Shown here piece by piece: positions 24,721-35,097 of a DNA stretch of 64,000 nucleotides; within the stretch, counting starts at the first letter, position 1; the number at the start of each line of letters is the position of its first letter. A model generated the notes under the pieces. That model did not search any database. It saw only the letters and a list, made by a program, of their open reading frames with translations, and was not told the DNA's origin. The position numbers were made by a program, and so were the translations under genes. Origin of the DNA: an uncultured Planctomycetota bacterium (GTDB lineage: Bacteria; Planctomycetota; PLA2; JAEUHO01); assembly GCA_963752285.1 (NCBI GenBank), contig CAVVXN010000004.1, positions 78,918 through 142,917 of the forward strand, in the 5' to 3' direction.

Positions 24721-26973
24721 TCAGTGCCGGCGGCGACGGCGGTCGCCGCCGCCTCCGCTGCCGCCCCGGCCGCCGCGGTCGCCGCGGTCGCCGCGGTCGC
24801 CCCGGTCGCCCTGCTCTCCGCGGGGCGGCGGGGGGCCGCTGCCCTCGGGGGCCTGGGCCTCCTCCGCGCGACCGAGCTCGTGCAGCGCCTGGCGGCGCGA
24901 GAGCTTCACGCGACCGGAGTCGTCGATCAGGATGACCTTCACCGGCGTGATGTCGCCCAGCGAGAGCACGTCGGTCACGCGGCCGACGTAGCCGTCGGCG
25001 AGCTCGCTCACGTGGCAGAGTCCCTCGACGCCCGGGATGATCTCGAGGAACGCGCCGAAGTCCTTCACGGACGTGACCTTGCCCTCGTAGATCTTGCCGA
25101 GGGTCGCTTCCTCGGACATCGCCTCGATGTGGTGCCGCGCCGCGATCGCGCCGTCGGCCTTCGTGCAGAAGATCTTGACGAGCCCGGTGTCGTCGACTTC
25201 GATCGTGGTCCCGGTCTCCTCCTGGAGACGCCGGATGTTCTTTCCGCCGGGGCCGATCAGGGCGCCGATCTTGTCGGGCGGGATCTGCACCGTCTCCACG
25301 CGCGGCGCGTAACGGTTGTACTCCTCGCGCGGACGCGGCAGGGCCTGGAGCATCCGCTTGAGGATGTGGATCCGGCCCTCCTTCGCCTGCTCGAGGGCGC
25401 GGCGGAGGATCTCGGTCGAGATCCCCTTCATCTTGATGTCCATCTGGAGCGCGGTGATGCCCCGCTGGGAGCCCGCGACCTTGAAGTCCATGTCTCCGGC
25501 GTGGTCCTCGTCGCCGAGGATGTCGGAGAGCACGACCACGTCGTCGCCCTCCTTCACGAGCCCCATCGCGATGCCGGCGACCGGCCGGGCGATTTGAATG
25601 CCCGCGTCCATCATGGCGAGCGTCGTGCCGCAGACGGACGCCATGCTCGACGAGCCGTTCGACATGAGGATGTCGGAGACCACGCGGATCGTGTAGGGGA
25701 ACGTGTCCATCGGAGGCAGCACCGGCAGGAGCGAGCGCTCCGCCAGCGCGCCGTGCCCGATCTCGCGCCGGGAGGGGCCCCGGATGGGCCGCGTCTCGCC
25801 GACGCAGAGCGGGGGGAAGTTGTAGTGCAGGTAGTACTTGCGCGTGAAGGACTGCGCTTGCAGTCCGTCCACGAGCTTCTCGTCGAGCCCCGTGCCGAGC
25901 GTCGCGGTGACCAGAGCCTGGGTCTCGCCGCGCGTGAAGAGCGCGGAGCCGTGGGCGCGGGGGAGCAAGCCGATCTCGATGTCGATCGGACGGACCTCGT
26001 CGGTCGCGCGGCCGTCGATGCGGCGCCCGGACAGGGCCGCGGCGCGCAAGATCTTCTTCTCGATGGCCCCCGTGGCCGCATCGACCTCGGCGGGGGTGAA
26101 CCGGCCCTCGGCCGGGACCTCGTTCTGCGTGTCGGCGAGCTCCTCCCGGATCTCGGCCCGGAGCGCGGTGAGGGACGCGATCCGCTCGAGCTTCGAGGTC
26201 TTGTGCATCGCCGTGCGGATCGCGTCCTCGAACTTCTCGCGCACCGCGGTGACGGCCGTGTCGGACACCGGGGCGGGGACGAACGCCGGAGCCTCCCAGC
26301 CCACCTTGCGGCGGAGCTCCTCCATCGCCTCGCAGATCTGGCGGATGATCTCGTGGCCGAACTCGATGGCGCCGAGGACGACGTCCTCGGGCAGCTCGTT
26401 CGCGCCGCCCTCGACCATCGTGACCGCGTCGCGCGTGCCCGCGACCACCAGGTCGAGGGGAGAGCTCTGCAGCACCTGCGCGTCGGGGAACGCGACGTAG
26501 TCGTCGCCGGACATGCCGACCCGCACGCCGCCGATCGGCCCGAGGAACGGTACGGCGGCGATCGCCAGGGCGCCGCCGGCGCCGATGATCGAGAGCACGT
26601 CCGGGTCGTTCAGCTGGTCGTACGAGATGACGAAGCTCTGGACCTGCGTGTCCATCTTGTAGCCCTTCGGCCAGAGGGGCCGAATCGGGCGATCCGTCAT
26701 CCGCATCGTGAGGATCTCCTTCGGCGAAGGCGGACCCTCTCTCTTCAGGAACCCTCCGGGGATCTTCCCGGCGCTGTAGTTCTTCTCGCGGTAGTCGATC
26801 GTGAGCGGGAAGAAGTCGAGATGGGGGCGAGGCGGGGAGACGCTCGCGGCGCTGAGCACCATCGTCTCGCCGTATCTCACCATCACGCTGCCCGCGGCCA
26901 GGCGGGCCATGCGACCGGTCTCGATCGTCAGGGGCTTCCCCCCGACGTCGATCGTCACGCTGTGAATGGGCAA
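24721..26973 (-). CDS. pnp: polyribonucleotide nucleotidyltransferase
   Basis: DFFPLTIDYRE, HGSALFTRGETQ, SNGSSSMASVCG, GDMDFKVAG, KH and S1 domains; TTG start with AGGAG RBS. Confidence 0.98.
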   Translation of the reverse strand: MPIHSVTIDVGGKPLTIETGRMARLAAGSVMVRYGETMVLSAASVSPPRPHLDFFPLTIDYREKNYSAGKIPGGFLKREGPPSPKEILTMRMTDRPIRPLWPKGYKMDTQVQSFVISYDQLNDPDVLSIIGAGGALAIAAVPFLGPIGGVRVGMSGDDYVAFPDAQVLQSSPLDLVVAGTRDAVTMVEGGANELPEDVVLGAIEFGHEIIRQICEAMEELRRKVGWEAPAFVPAPVSDTAVTAVREKFEDAIRTAMHKTSKLERIASLTALRAEIREELADTQNEVPAEGRFTPAEVDAATGAIEKKILRAAALSGRRIDGRATDEVRPIDIEIGLLPRAHGSALFTRGETQALVTATLGTGLDEKLVDGLQAQSFTRKYYLHYNFPPLCVGETRPIRGPSRREIGHGALAERSLLPVLPPMDTFPYTIRVVSDILMSNGSSSMASVCGTTLAMMDAGIQIARPVAGIAMGLVKEGDDVVVLSDILGDEDHAGDMDFKVAGSQRGITALQMDIKMKGISTEILRRALEQAKEGRIHILKRMLQALPRPREEYNRYAPRVETVQIPPDKIGALIGPGGKNIRRLQEETGTTIEVDDTGLVKIFCTKADGAIAARHHIEAMSEEATLGKIYEGKVTSVKDFGAFLEIIPGVEGLCHVSELADGYVGRVTDVLSLGDITPVKVILIDDSGRVKLSRRQALHELGRAEEAQAPEGSGPPPPRGEQGDRGDRGDRGDRGGRGGSGGGGDRRRRRH

Positions 26974-26981
26974 TTCTGCTC

Positions 26982-27251
26982 CTACCGACGGAGCCCCAGT
27001 CGCCCGATCAGGTCCTGGTAGCCGGTGGGGTCGGTCCGCGCGAAGTAGCGCAGCAGAGCCGTCCGCCTACCGACCATCCGAAGCAGGCCGCGCCGCGTGG
27101 CGTGGTCCTTCGGGAACTTCTTGAGGTGCTCCGTCAGGTGGCGGATCCGGCCGGTAAGGATGGCGACCTGCACCGGGGTGGAGCCGCTGTCCTTCTCGTG
27201 CCGCCGATACGCTTCGATGCGTCCGGTCTTCTCGGGATCCTTGACGGCCAT
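26982..27251 (-). CDS. rpsO: 30S ribosomal protein S15
   Basis: DSGSTPVQVAILT..HLK..PKDHATRRGLL; 89 aa; directly upstream of pnp. Confidence 0.97.
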   Translation of the reverse strand: MAVKDPEKTGRIEAYRRHEKDSGSTPVQVAILTGRIRHLTEHLKKFPKDHATRRGLLRMVGRRTALLRYFARTDPTGYQDLIGRLGLRR

Positions 27252-27466
27252 CTCGACCTCCGTCACCGCCGACCAGGTCGGCCGGGGGCGCCTCGGCGTC
27301 CCGGCCCCGGGTCGGGGTCCAGTCGGGGAGTCCTGGGGACTCTCGTGCTTCCTGTTGCTTGTTTGTTCTCTTGGGTAAGCCGAACAAGGTACCGGGCCCG
27401 ACGGGGAGGGCCAGGATTCCCCCGGCCCCGCGTCCCGGTCGCGGACTGGCTGCGCGCCGGCTCGTC

Positions 27467-27934
27467 CTACCCCGCGAGGTAGGAGCGGAGGAGGGCGACC
27501 GCGGCGCGCCGGTCCACGTCGCCCTCCCGGCGGGCGCGGCCGAGCGAGCGCCCCGCGGCCTTCACGTCCTCCTCGGCGGCCCACGAGGTGAGACCCTCGT
27601 CGTGGTAGACGACGGGGACGCCGAGCGCGTGCGCGAGGGCCCCGCCGAACCGGCGGGCCTCGCGGCTCATGTCGCTCTCCTCCCCGCTCATGTGGAGCGG
27701 GAGGCCGACCACGACCCGCGCCGGGGCCTCGTCGCGGAGCCGTTCCGCCACGAGCGTCGCGGCGCGGTCGGGATCCGGCGGGCCCGATCGGGTCGGCTCG
27801 AGGCGGATCGTGTCGAGGCCGCGCACCGTGATCCGGAGCGCGTCGGAGAGGGCGATCCCGATCCGCCGGCGGCCGTAGTCCACCGCCGCGACGCGGCCGG
27901 GCGGGTCGGGGGGCGAGCGGGAGGCCTCGCTCAC
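27467..27934 (-). CDS. ruvX: Holliday junction resolvase-like RuvX/YqgF
   Basis: AVDYGRRRIGIALSD, VVGLPL, DEGLTS, VDRRAA. Confidence 0.93.
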   Translation of the reverse strand: MSEASRSPPDPPGRVAAVDYGRRRIGIALSDALRITVRGLDTIRLEPTRSGPPDPDRAATLVAERLRDEAPARVVVGLPLHMSGEESDMSREARRFGGALAHALGVPVVYHDEGLTSWAAEEDVKAAGRSLGRARREGDVDRRAAVALLRSYLAG

Positions 27935-30900
27935 CTACCGGAACCAGCGGGGGAGGCGGCGCGCGGGCGGGTCGGGGAGCGCGATGCCGCCGGCCGGCTC
28001 CTCGCGCCGGATCCCGAGGCCCGGCAGCGGGACGAGCTTCGGCTCCGCGGTCTCCAGATCACCCTGGACCCGGACCACGTAGAGCACCCGCTCGGGAAGG
28101 AGGGCGCCGAGCGCGCGGCCCACCCCGGGGAGCTGGAGCGCCCCGGGGAGGAGCAGGCTCTTCAGGAAGTCGGGCGTGAACTCGAGGTCGGCCGTGCCCG
28201 ACAGGTCCACCGTCCCGTGGCCGGGCATGTCGAAGAGCGGGCCCGCGAGATCGAGGTGGGAGAACGTGAGGCGGCGGTCGCGCAGCGAGAACACGGCGTG
28301 GGCGCGCTCGAACCGCGGCGGGTTCGGCGCCGCGAGGAGCTGGTGCGCCAGCGCCTCCAGGTTCGCGACGCCCGGCAGCTTCCCGAGGTCGCCCTGTCGC
28401 ACGTTCAGCTCGCCCTCGGCGAGGAGGTCCTCGGCGCGGCCGCCGCGGTTCTCGAACCGCACCCAGAGGGTGCCGAGGCCCGTGTACGGCGGACCGGTGG
28501 GGGCGAGGTCCTCCCGCACGCGTCCGACCTGGAAGTCGTCGAGCGCGAGGCGTCCCTCGTACGCGCGCGGCTCGATCGTGTGCGCGACCATCTCGCCGCC
28601 GAGCCGGCCTTCCGCGAGAGCGCCGCGGATCGGACCGGCGCGCAGGATGCCCGCGTGCCAGCGCAGTGGTACGACGAGGTCGCGCCCGCCGATGCCGAGG
28701 AGCTGCATGCCGCGGGCGCGCAGCGTGACCACGCCCTCGGTCGTGTCGCCGAGCACGAGCCGTTCGATCTGCGCCTCGCCGTCGAGGTGCGAGACGGGCG
28801 CCTCGTCGCCGAGGTCCAGACCCTCGAGACGGACGAGCCCGCTCAGGACCGAGGCGTTCGTCTCGGCGTCCGGCCGGACGAGGAGCGGCGCGAGGTCGAG
28901 CCGGCCGCGCGGCGTGGTCCCGATCGGCCCGCCCTTCGGCGCCATCACGACGAGGTCGCCCTCGATCCGCACGCTTCCGTCGGGCGCCGCCTGCACGCGG
29001 AGGCCCTGGCTCGAGAGCGCACGGCCCTGGAGGACCTTCGCGAGCACGTCCCGCGCGGCTTCGGGGGCGAGCACGAGCAGGTCCTCTGGCGCCTCGAACG
29101 CGTCGAGGTGGAGGAGGAAGCCCCCTTCCAAGCGGCCGTCGCCGACGGTGACGCGTCGCACGTCGATCGCCACCCCGCGCGCCTCGCCCCGCAGGTCCTC
29201 GAGCGTCACGTGGCGGTTCTCGACGGCGAGCCGCCGCCCGCGCACCGCGAGCACGCTGCCGCCCGGCAGTCGGAGGCGCGCGTCCACCTCGTGCGTGTCC
29301 ACCGAGGCTTCCAGATGCCCGTCGGGACCGGGCGCGCGGACGAGGTGGAGGGTGAAGGCGACGTGCCCGCCGGGCTCGATCGAGAGGCCCCCGGGGAGCA
29401 GGGTGGACTCGCCCTCGTAGTAGGGGAGGGCGGAGAGCAGGTCCTCGTCGAGACGGAGCCGGTCCGTGTCCACCACGAGGTCCCACCGGCCTTCGGGCCC
29501 GCCCTCGATGCGGCCGTCTACGCGCACCGGGGTCTCGCCGAGCCGGCCGGCCACCTTCTCGATGGTCGCGACGTCGCCGTCCACGCGGAGCCGGCCCGTC
29601 AGGTCTTCGAACGCGAGCGGGTGCGGCGCGTGCTCGGCGTCGAGGCGGATCGAGGCGCCGTGGAGCGTGACGTCGAACCGGAGCGGCGCCGGGTCGTCGG
29701 CGAGCGGGAGGTCCGCCACGACGTCCGCGCGTCCTCGCGGCGCGAGGTAGCGCCACACGGTGGAGAGGCCGCCGTGCGTGACGGGCGCCGAGAGGACCGT
29801 GTCGGCGACCGCGCCGTCCAACGCCACGCCCTGACCGTGCACCGCGATGCGGCCGTGCTTCGCGGCGAGGTCGGCGTGCACCTCGATCGAGACGGGCGCC
29901 TGCTCGAGGTGCCCCGTGACCCTCACGGCGAGGGTGCGCCCGCGACTGCCGTCGGGCTGGAGCGGGCGGCGGAGCTGCGCCTCGCCCGACACGCCCTCGA
30001 GCGGGAGGGGGAAGTCGGCGTACTGGAACTTCTCGTCCTCGAAGCGCACGCGGACCTCGGTCTGCGCGCGTTCGTCCACGCCGGGGATGGAGATCACGTC
30101 CACGTCGATCTCCTCGATCGTCCCATCGACGTGGAAACGGTCGAGGAAGCCGCGGAGCTCGCCGGCCTCGATCGCGCGGGCCAGGGTCTCGTCCACCGGC
30201 ACGTCGGTCGCCTGGATGGTCAGACGGATGTCGGCGCCCTTGTCGGTCAGGAGGATCCGCCCGGTCTCGCCGCCGGTCCACGCGCGCCGGTGGTCGCCGA
30301 GGATGCGGACCGTCGCGCTGCCGTTGAACCCGACGATGTCGTCGAATCGGACCTCGCCGGGCGCGAAGTGGATGCGGCCGGTGGCCTGCTCCATCGCGTA
30401 GGGGAAGCCCACCGGCTCGCCGTCGGGCGAGGGCGTCCCCTTGTAGCGGAACGACGCGTCCTCGAGCGTGACGTCCGCCTCCCATGTCGGCTCGGAGCCG
30501 GGCTCCTTCAGGAAACGGAGGTCGGCCGAGATCTCGCCGGTGGGTTCGAACTGGTCGAACACGGCGCGTCCCTCGGGCCCGAGCGCCTGGCGCAGCGCGG
30601 GATCCTCGAAGCGCACGCCGCGGACCTCGACGAGCAGGCGTACCTCCTGTCCGTCCTCCGAGATGAACCCGCGTGCCTTCACGCGCCCCTGCCCGATCGA
30701 CGACACGAGGCGCCGGACGTCGATGCCGCGCGCGCTCACGCCCACGTCGAGCTCGGCGCGCCGGAACAGGGCCTCGAGCTGCTCGCGCGTCCGCGCGTCG
30801 ATCATCTCGCCGCCGGGCACCGACTCGAGCGACATCTGGACCGCGCCCTCCCAGAGCGCGTCCACTTCCAGCGTCCCCTTCCGGACGTGCGGGTCGCGGT

Positions 30901-31669
30901 GGAGCGATACGGTCAGACGTCCGGCCTCGAACCCGCGGTTCGCGAGCTTCTCGGCGAGGTCCGGCGCCAGGATCTGCAGGAGGGGCTTCTCCAGACGGAG
31001 CGGGTTCCAGGCGGCTCCGAGGTCCAGGCGGTCGGCGTCGGGGTCGGCCCAGCCGCTGATGCGGACGCGCACGTCGTCGTGGCCGAGGTCCTTCGGGGTG
31101 AAGCTGCCCTCCACGCGCAGCCGTCCGTCCGCGTGGGGTACGACGGCCAGATCGATGTCGGCGAGCCGGATCACGGCGTTCGCGCGGAGCCGCGTGGAGC
31201 CGGGGCGCGCGCGGCAGAGCAGCTCGGCGCCGTCCACGCGGATCTCGGGGATGCGCCCGCCCGACCCCTTGGTGTCGAGGTGGAAGGGGAAGTCGAGCTC
31301 CACGCCGTCCACGGTCTCGTGCATGATCCACCGTGCGCCCCGGATGTCGAGACGCACGGGTACGTACGAGCCCGAAGCGAGCGACACGAGGTCGTGCTGG
31401 ACGGACACGAAGTCCGCGACGAGCGTCGGCTGCTGGGTCGCGGTCGTCCGCACCTCGAGACCGTGAATGGTCACGCCGTGCACGAGGTCGATGTCCACGC
31501 GCTCGTACGTCACGCCGTCGCCGAAGATCGCCTTGAGGCGCTGGTCGGCGTACCGCGCGAGGAGCGTGCGATCGGGGCGCACGACGCGCCCGTAACCCCA
31601 GACCCCGAGCCCCACGACTACGGCGAGGACCGCGGCCTGCGTCAGTCGCTGTCGGGTCCCGGGCGTCAC
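27935..31669 (-). CDS. large AsmA/YhdP-like beta-taco envelope protein
   Basis: N-terminal TM, ~1240 aa beta-rich, AsmA-like C-terminus (G.GTVDL.G..DLEF); GTG overlaps alr stop. Confidence 0.75.
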   Translation of the reverse strand: MTPGTRQRLTQAAVLAVVVGLGVWGYGRVVRPDRTLLARYADQRLKAIFGDGVTYERVDIDLVHGVTIHGLEVRTTATQQPTLVADFVSVQHDLVSLASGSYVPVRLDIRGARWIMHETVDGVELDFPFHLDTKGSGGRIPEIRVDGAELLCRARPGSTRLRANAVIRLADIDLAVVPHADGRLRVEGSFTPKDLGHDDVRVRISGWADPDADRLDLGAAWNPLRLEKPLLQILAPDLAEKLANRGFEAGRLTVSLHRDPHVRKGTLEVDALWEGAVQMSLESVPGGEMIDARTREQLEALFRRAELDVGVSARGIDVRRLVSSIGQGRVKARGFISEDGQEVRLLVEVRGVRFEDPALRQALGPEGRAVFDQFEPTGEISADLRFLKEPGSEPTWEADVTLEDASFRYKGTPSPDGEPVGFPYAMEQATGRIHFAPGEVRFDDIVGFNGSATVRILGDHRRAWTGGETGRILLTDKGADIRLTIQATDVPVDETLARAIEAGELRGFLDRFHVDGTIEEIDVDVISIPGVDERAQTEVRVRFEDEKFQYADFPLPLEGVSGEAQLRRPLQPDGSRGRTLAVRVTGHLEQAPVSIEVHADLAAKHGRIAVHGQGVALDGAVADTVLSAPVTHGGLSTVWRYLAPRGRADVVADLPLADDPAPLRFDVTLHGASIRLDAEHAPHPLAFEDLTGRLRVDGDVATIEKVAGRLGETPVRVDGRIEGGPEGRWDLVVDTDRLRLDEDLLSALPYYEGESTLLPGGLSIEPGGHVAFTLHLVRAPGPDGHLEASVDTHEVDARLRLPGGSVLAVRGRRLAVENRHVTLEDLRGEARGVAIDVRRVTVGDGRLEGGFLLHLDAFEAPEDLLVLAPEAARDVLAKVLQGRALSSQGLRVQAAPDGSVRIEGDLVVMAPKGGPIGTTPRGRLDLAPLLVRPDAETNASVLSGLVRLEGLDLGDEAPVSHLDGEAQIERLVLGDTTEGVVTLRARGMQLLGIGGRDLVVPLRWHAGILRAGPIRGALAEGRLGGEMVAHTIEPRAYEGRLALDDFQVGRVREDLAPTGPPYTGLGTLWVRFENRGGRAEDLLAEGELNVRQGDLGKLPGVANLEALAHQLLAAPNPPRFERAHAVFSLRDRRLTFSHLDLAGPLFDMPGHGTVDLSGTADLEFTPDFLKSLLLPGALQLPGVGRALGALLPERVLYVVRVQGDLETAEPKLVPLPGLGIRREEPAGGIALPDPPARRLPRWFR

Positions 31670-32826
31670 GCGGTCCCGTCCGCCGCGGCCGGCGCGGGCG
31701 CGCCGTTCGCGCCCACGTAGCACCGCTTGACGCGCCGGCCGATCCCGCAGAACACCTCGTAGGGGATCGTGTCCGCCCAACGGGCGAGCTCGAGGACGCC
31801 GATTCGCTCGTCGCCGTCCCGGCCGAGCAGTGTCACGGGGTCGCCCACGGAGGCGCCCGGCACCTTCGTAACGTCCACGCAGACGTAGTCCATCGACACC
31901 CGTCCCACCACCGGACACCTCTTGCCCCGGACGAGAACGTGCGCCCGGTTGGAGAACGCGAAACGATATCCGTCGTCGTAGCCCACCGGGAGCGTGGCGA
32001 TGCGGCTGCGCCGCGGCGCCCGCCAGGTCCCGTGGTATCCGATCGGCGAGCCGCGGCGGTGGTCCTTCAGGAACACGATCTGCGTCCGCCACGCGAGGAC
32101 CGGCTCGAGGTCGAGCCCGTCTCGGCCGTGCGGATCGATCCCGTAGAGCGCCATGCCGGGCCGGATCAGGTTGAACAGCCGCGGGAGGCGCGACAGCACC
32201 GCGCCGCTCGCGTATGCATGGCGCCAGCGCGGCGCGAAGCCTTCCTTCTCGAGCGTCTCGAGCACGCGGCAGAACCGTCGGACCTGTTTCTCGGCGTCGG
32301 CGCCGCCGTCCGGCGTCGCCTGCGCGAGGTGCGTGGCGACGCCCTCGAGGAGGAGGCCCCGCGAGCGCGCGATCTCGCGTGCGATGCCGACGGCGCGTTC
32401 GGGCCGACAGCCGAGCCGGCCCATCCCGGTGTCCACCTTCAGGTGGAGGCGCACGCCGCCGGCCCCGTTGTGATTCACGACGCGTCGGAGCGTCCGTACG
32501 CGGTCGCCGGCGTGGACCGTGACCGCGATGCGTCCGCGAATCACGTCCTCCATCTCGCCCTCGACGACCGCGCCGAGCACGAGGATCGGCGTCGTGACGC
32601 CGGCGTCGCGGAGCTCCAGCGCCTCGGTCGAGTCGCCGACGCCGAGGTACGCGACGTCGCCCGAGCGCGTGAGGTGCCACGCGACGGGGACGGCGCCGTG
32701 GCCGTACGCGTCCGCCTTGAGGACGACCATCACGCCGACGTCGGGGCCGGCGTGCCGGCGCACGCGGTCCAGATTGCGCCCCAGGGCGCCGAGGTCGATC
32801 TCCGCCCAGGTCCGAAGATGGAGCAT
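31666..32826 (-). CDS. alr: alanine racemase
   Basis: WAEIDLGAL, VLKADAYGHG, HLKVDTGMGRLG, IRPGMALYG, GYDDGY, GRVSMD, TIPYE. Confidence 0.97.
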   Translation of the reverse strand: MLHLRTWAEIDLGALGRNLDRVRRHAGPDVGVMVVLKADAYGHGAVPVAWHLTRSGDVAYLGVGDSTEALELRDAGVTTPILVLGAVVEGEMEDVIRGRIAVTVHAGDRVRTLRRVVNHNGAGGVRLHLKVDTGMGRLGCRPERAVGIAREIARSRGLLLEGVATHLAQATPDGGADAEKQVRRFCRVLETLEKEGFAPRWRHAYASGAVLSRLPRLFNLIRPGMALYGIDPHGRDGLDLEPVLAWRTQIVFLKDHRRGSPIGYHGTWRAPRRSRIATLPVGYDDGYRFAFSNRAHVLVRGKRCPVVGRVSMDYVCVDVTKVPGASVGDPVTLLGRDGDERIGVLELARWADTIPYEVFCGIGRRVKRCYVGANGAPAPAAADGTA

Positions 32827-32857
32827 CACGCAGCCGACGAAGAGGTCCGGGGCATGG

Positions 32858-33604
32858 TCACGCGCCCTCCTCCACGGAGGTTCGGTCGCCCGGCGCCCCG
32901 TCCGAAGCGTGGCGACGGGGCGCGCGCGACGCGTCGCCGCCCTCGCCGGCCCGTTGGCGCTCGGGAGCCGACGCCTGGAGATAGAGGGGGACCAGCGCGT
33001 GGGGCGGGACGACGTCTCCCGCCCGAAGCCGCGCCTCGCCCACGCGGAGGAACGCCCGTGCGTCGGCGACCACCTCGAGCGCCACCGATTCGGGCGCGAA
33101 GCCGCGGGCCAGGGCCGGCGCGTCCTCCCCGACCACGACGGCGCCCGAGGCGAGGTCGTGCGCCTCGGCGGGGCCCAGTCGGAGGGGCCCCCGGACGAGC
33201 CGGGGCGGGTCTCCCCGCGACCGCGCGTACCGCGCGAGGTAGAGGGTGCCCCGGCCCGCGTCCCGGACCGCGAGGACGTCGCCCGTGTCCCCGGGAGCCC
33301 CCGCCGCGAGCGCTTCGAGGCTCGAGACGCGCGCGAGCGGCGTCCCGAGGGAGAAGGCGATCGTCTTCGCGGCCGTGACTCCGACCCGGACCCCCGTGAA
33401 GGAGCCGGGGCCGACGTCCGCCACGATGCCGGAGAGGTCGGTCGGGGTGAGCCCGGCCGCGCGGACGAGGTCGCGTACGGCGGGCAGGAGGCCCCGGCCC
33501 CGCGCGGCCCCGGATCCGAGGGGCACGACCCGGAGGTCCGAGCCGTGCGCGGCCACGCCGACCTCGGCGCGGGGACCGCTCGTCGCGAGCACGAGGATCG
33601 ACAT
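32858..33604 (-). CDS. tsaB: tRNA threonylcarbamoyladenosine biosynthesis protein TsaB
   Basis: GPGSFTGVRVG, SSLEALA, DAGRG.LY, LVPLYL. Confidence 0.93.
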   Translation of the reverse strand: MSILVLATSGPRAEVGVAAHGSDLRVVPLGSGAARGRGLLPAVRDLVRAAGLTPTDLSGIVADVGPGSFTGVRVGVTAAKTIAFSLGTPLARVSSLEALAAGAPGDTGDVLAVRDAGRGTLYLARYARSRGDPPRLVRGPLRLGPAEAHDLASGAVVVGEDAPALARGFAPESVALEVVADARAFLRVGEARLRAGDVVPPHALVPLYLQASAPERQRAGEGGDASRAPRRHASDGAPGDRTSVEEGA

Positions 33605-33711
33605 GGGGCTCCGCGATGGACCGTCGCGCGAAACGTTCGCGCGGGGTCCGAAGGTACGGCCGACCGCCCCCCCGGGGGGCAGAATGCCCCGCACTGGACC
33701 GTGGAGGGCGG

Positions 33712-35097
33712 ATGCGGCGCTTCGGGACCGACGGGATCCGCGACGTGGCGGGGCAAGGGCGCCTCGCCCCGGGCGAGGTGGCCCGGGTGGGGCGCGCGCT
33801 CGCCCGCTTCGCGGTCCAGCTCGCGTCGCCGGGCGCGCGGGTCCGGGTCGCCGTCGGCCGGGACCCGCGGCCGAGCGGCCGCGATCTCTCGGACCGTCTC
33901 GGCGCGGCCCTCCTCGCCGGCGGGGTCGAGGTCCTGGACCTCGGGATGGTCCCGACCCCGGTCGTGGCGTGGACCGTCGCGAGCCGCGGGCTGTCGTTCG
34001 GCGTCGCGGTCAGCGCGAGCCACAACCCGCCGGCGTTCAACGGTCTGAAGCCGTTCGCGCCCGGTGGCCGCAAGCTCGACCCCGACGAGGAGGACCTCCT
34101 CGAGACGTGGATCGACGAGGCGGACCCGAGCCCGCTCCCGGTGCGTCCGCTCCCCAAGGACCCCGCGCTCGGCCGGTACGTGGACGAGACCACGCGCTGG
34201 CTCTCGCACGAGGGCGGGCTCTCGGGGGAGCGCCTCGTCGTGGACCTCGCGGCCGGCGCCGCGAGCGCGACCGCCGTCCAGGTCCTGTCGCGGCTGGGCG
34301 CGGAGGTGATCCCGCTCCACGAGGCCGGGACCCGGCCGATCAACGAGGGCTGCGGGACGGAGCACCCCGAGGCCTGGCTCCGCGCGGTCCGCGAGGCGGG
34401 GGGCGCGATCGGGATGGCGTTCGACGGCGACGCCGACCGCGTGCTCCTCGCGGACCGGGAAGGCGAGGTCCTCGACGGCGACGACGCGCTCGCGATCCTC
34501 GCCGAGGACGCGCTCCGCGCGGGGCCCGACGGCCTGCCCGCGCGGCGCGTCGTGGGCACGGTCATGACGAATCTCGGCCTGGAGGAGCGGCTCCGGGAGC
34601 TCGGCGCGGCGCTCGACCGGACGGCGGTGGGGGACCGCAACGTCGCCCGCCGGATGCGCGAGACGGGCGCGGCCTTCGGCGGCGAGCCGTCGGGTCACGT
34701 CGTGCTCGCGCGGGACGGAGCGCTGATCGGCGACGGGCTCGTGGCCGGCGTGCGGATCCTCCAGGCCGCACGGCGGCTCGGTCGTCCGCTCGCCGAGGCG
34801 CGACGGAGGACGCCCCGGTACCCGCAGGTCCTCCTGAACGTCCGGGTCGGAGACCGCCGCGCGCTCGAGGACGACCCCGTCCTCGCCGAGGCGCTCCGGG
34901 CGGCCGAGGCGCGCCTCGACGGGAGCGGTCGGCTCGTCGTCCGGTACAGCGGGACGGAGCCGGTGCTCCGCGTGATGGCCGAGGGCCACGACCGGAGCGT
35001 CGTCGAGGAGGTCGCCGGGAGCCTCGCGGCGCTCGCCGCGCGCCAAAACCCCGCCCCGTCCCCGGAGCGCGGGGGGGCGCCTACTCCTTCACCTTGA
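33712..35097 (+). CDS. glmM: phosphoglucosamine mutase
   Basis: FGTDGIR, SASHNP, FDGDADR, GGEPSGH, RYSGTEP. Confidence 0.95.
   Translation: MRRFGTDGIRDVAGQGRLAPGEVARVGRALARFAVQLASPGARVRVAVGRDPRPSGRDLSDRLGAALLAGGVEVLDLGMVPTPVVAWTVASRGLSFGVAVSASHNPPAFNGLKPFAPGGRKLDPDEEDLLETWIDEADPSPLPVRPLPKDPALGRYVDETTRWLSHEGGLSGERLVVDLAAGAASATAVQVLSRLGAEVIPLHEAGTRPINEGCGTEHPEAWLRAVREAGGAIGMAFDGDADRVLLADREGEVLDGDDALAILAEDALRAGPDGLPARRVVGTVMTNLGLEERLRELGAALDRTAVGDRNVARRMRETGAAFGGEPSGHVVLARDGALIGDGLVAGVRILQAARRLGRPLAEARRRTPRYPQVLLNVRVGDRRALEDDPVLAEALRAAEARLDGSGRLVVRYSGTEPVLRVMAEGHDRSVVEEVAGSLAALAARQNPAPSPERGGAPTPSP

Noticed and set aside
24772-24807. 9-bp repeat x4 encoding (GDR)n in the pnp tail
   Set aside because: Low-complexity RG/D tails are common in PNPases
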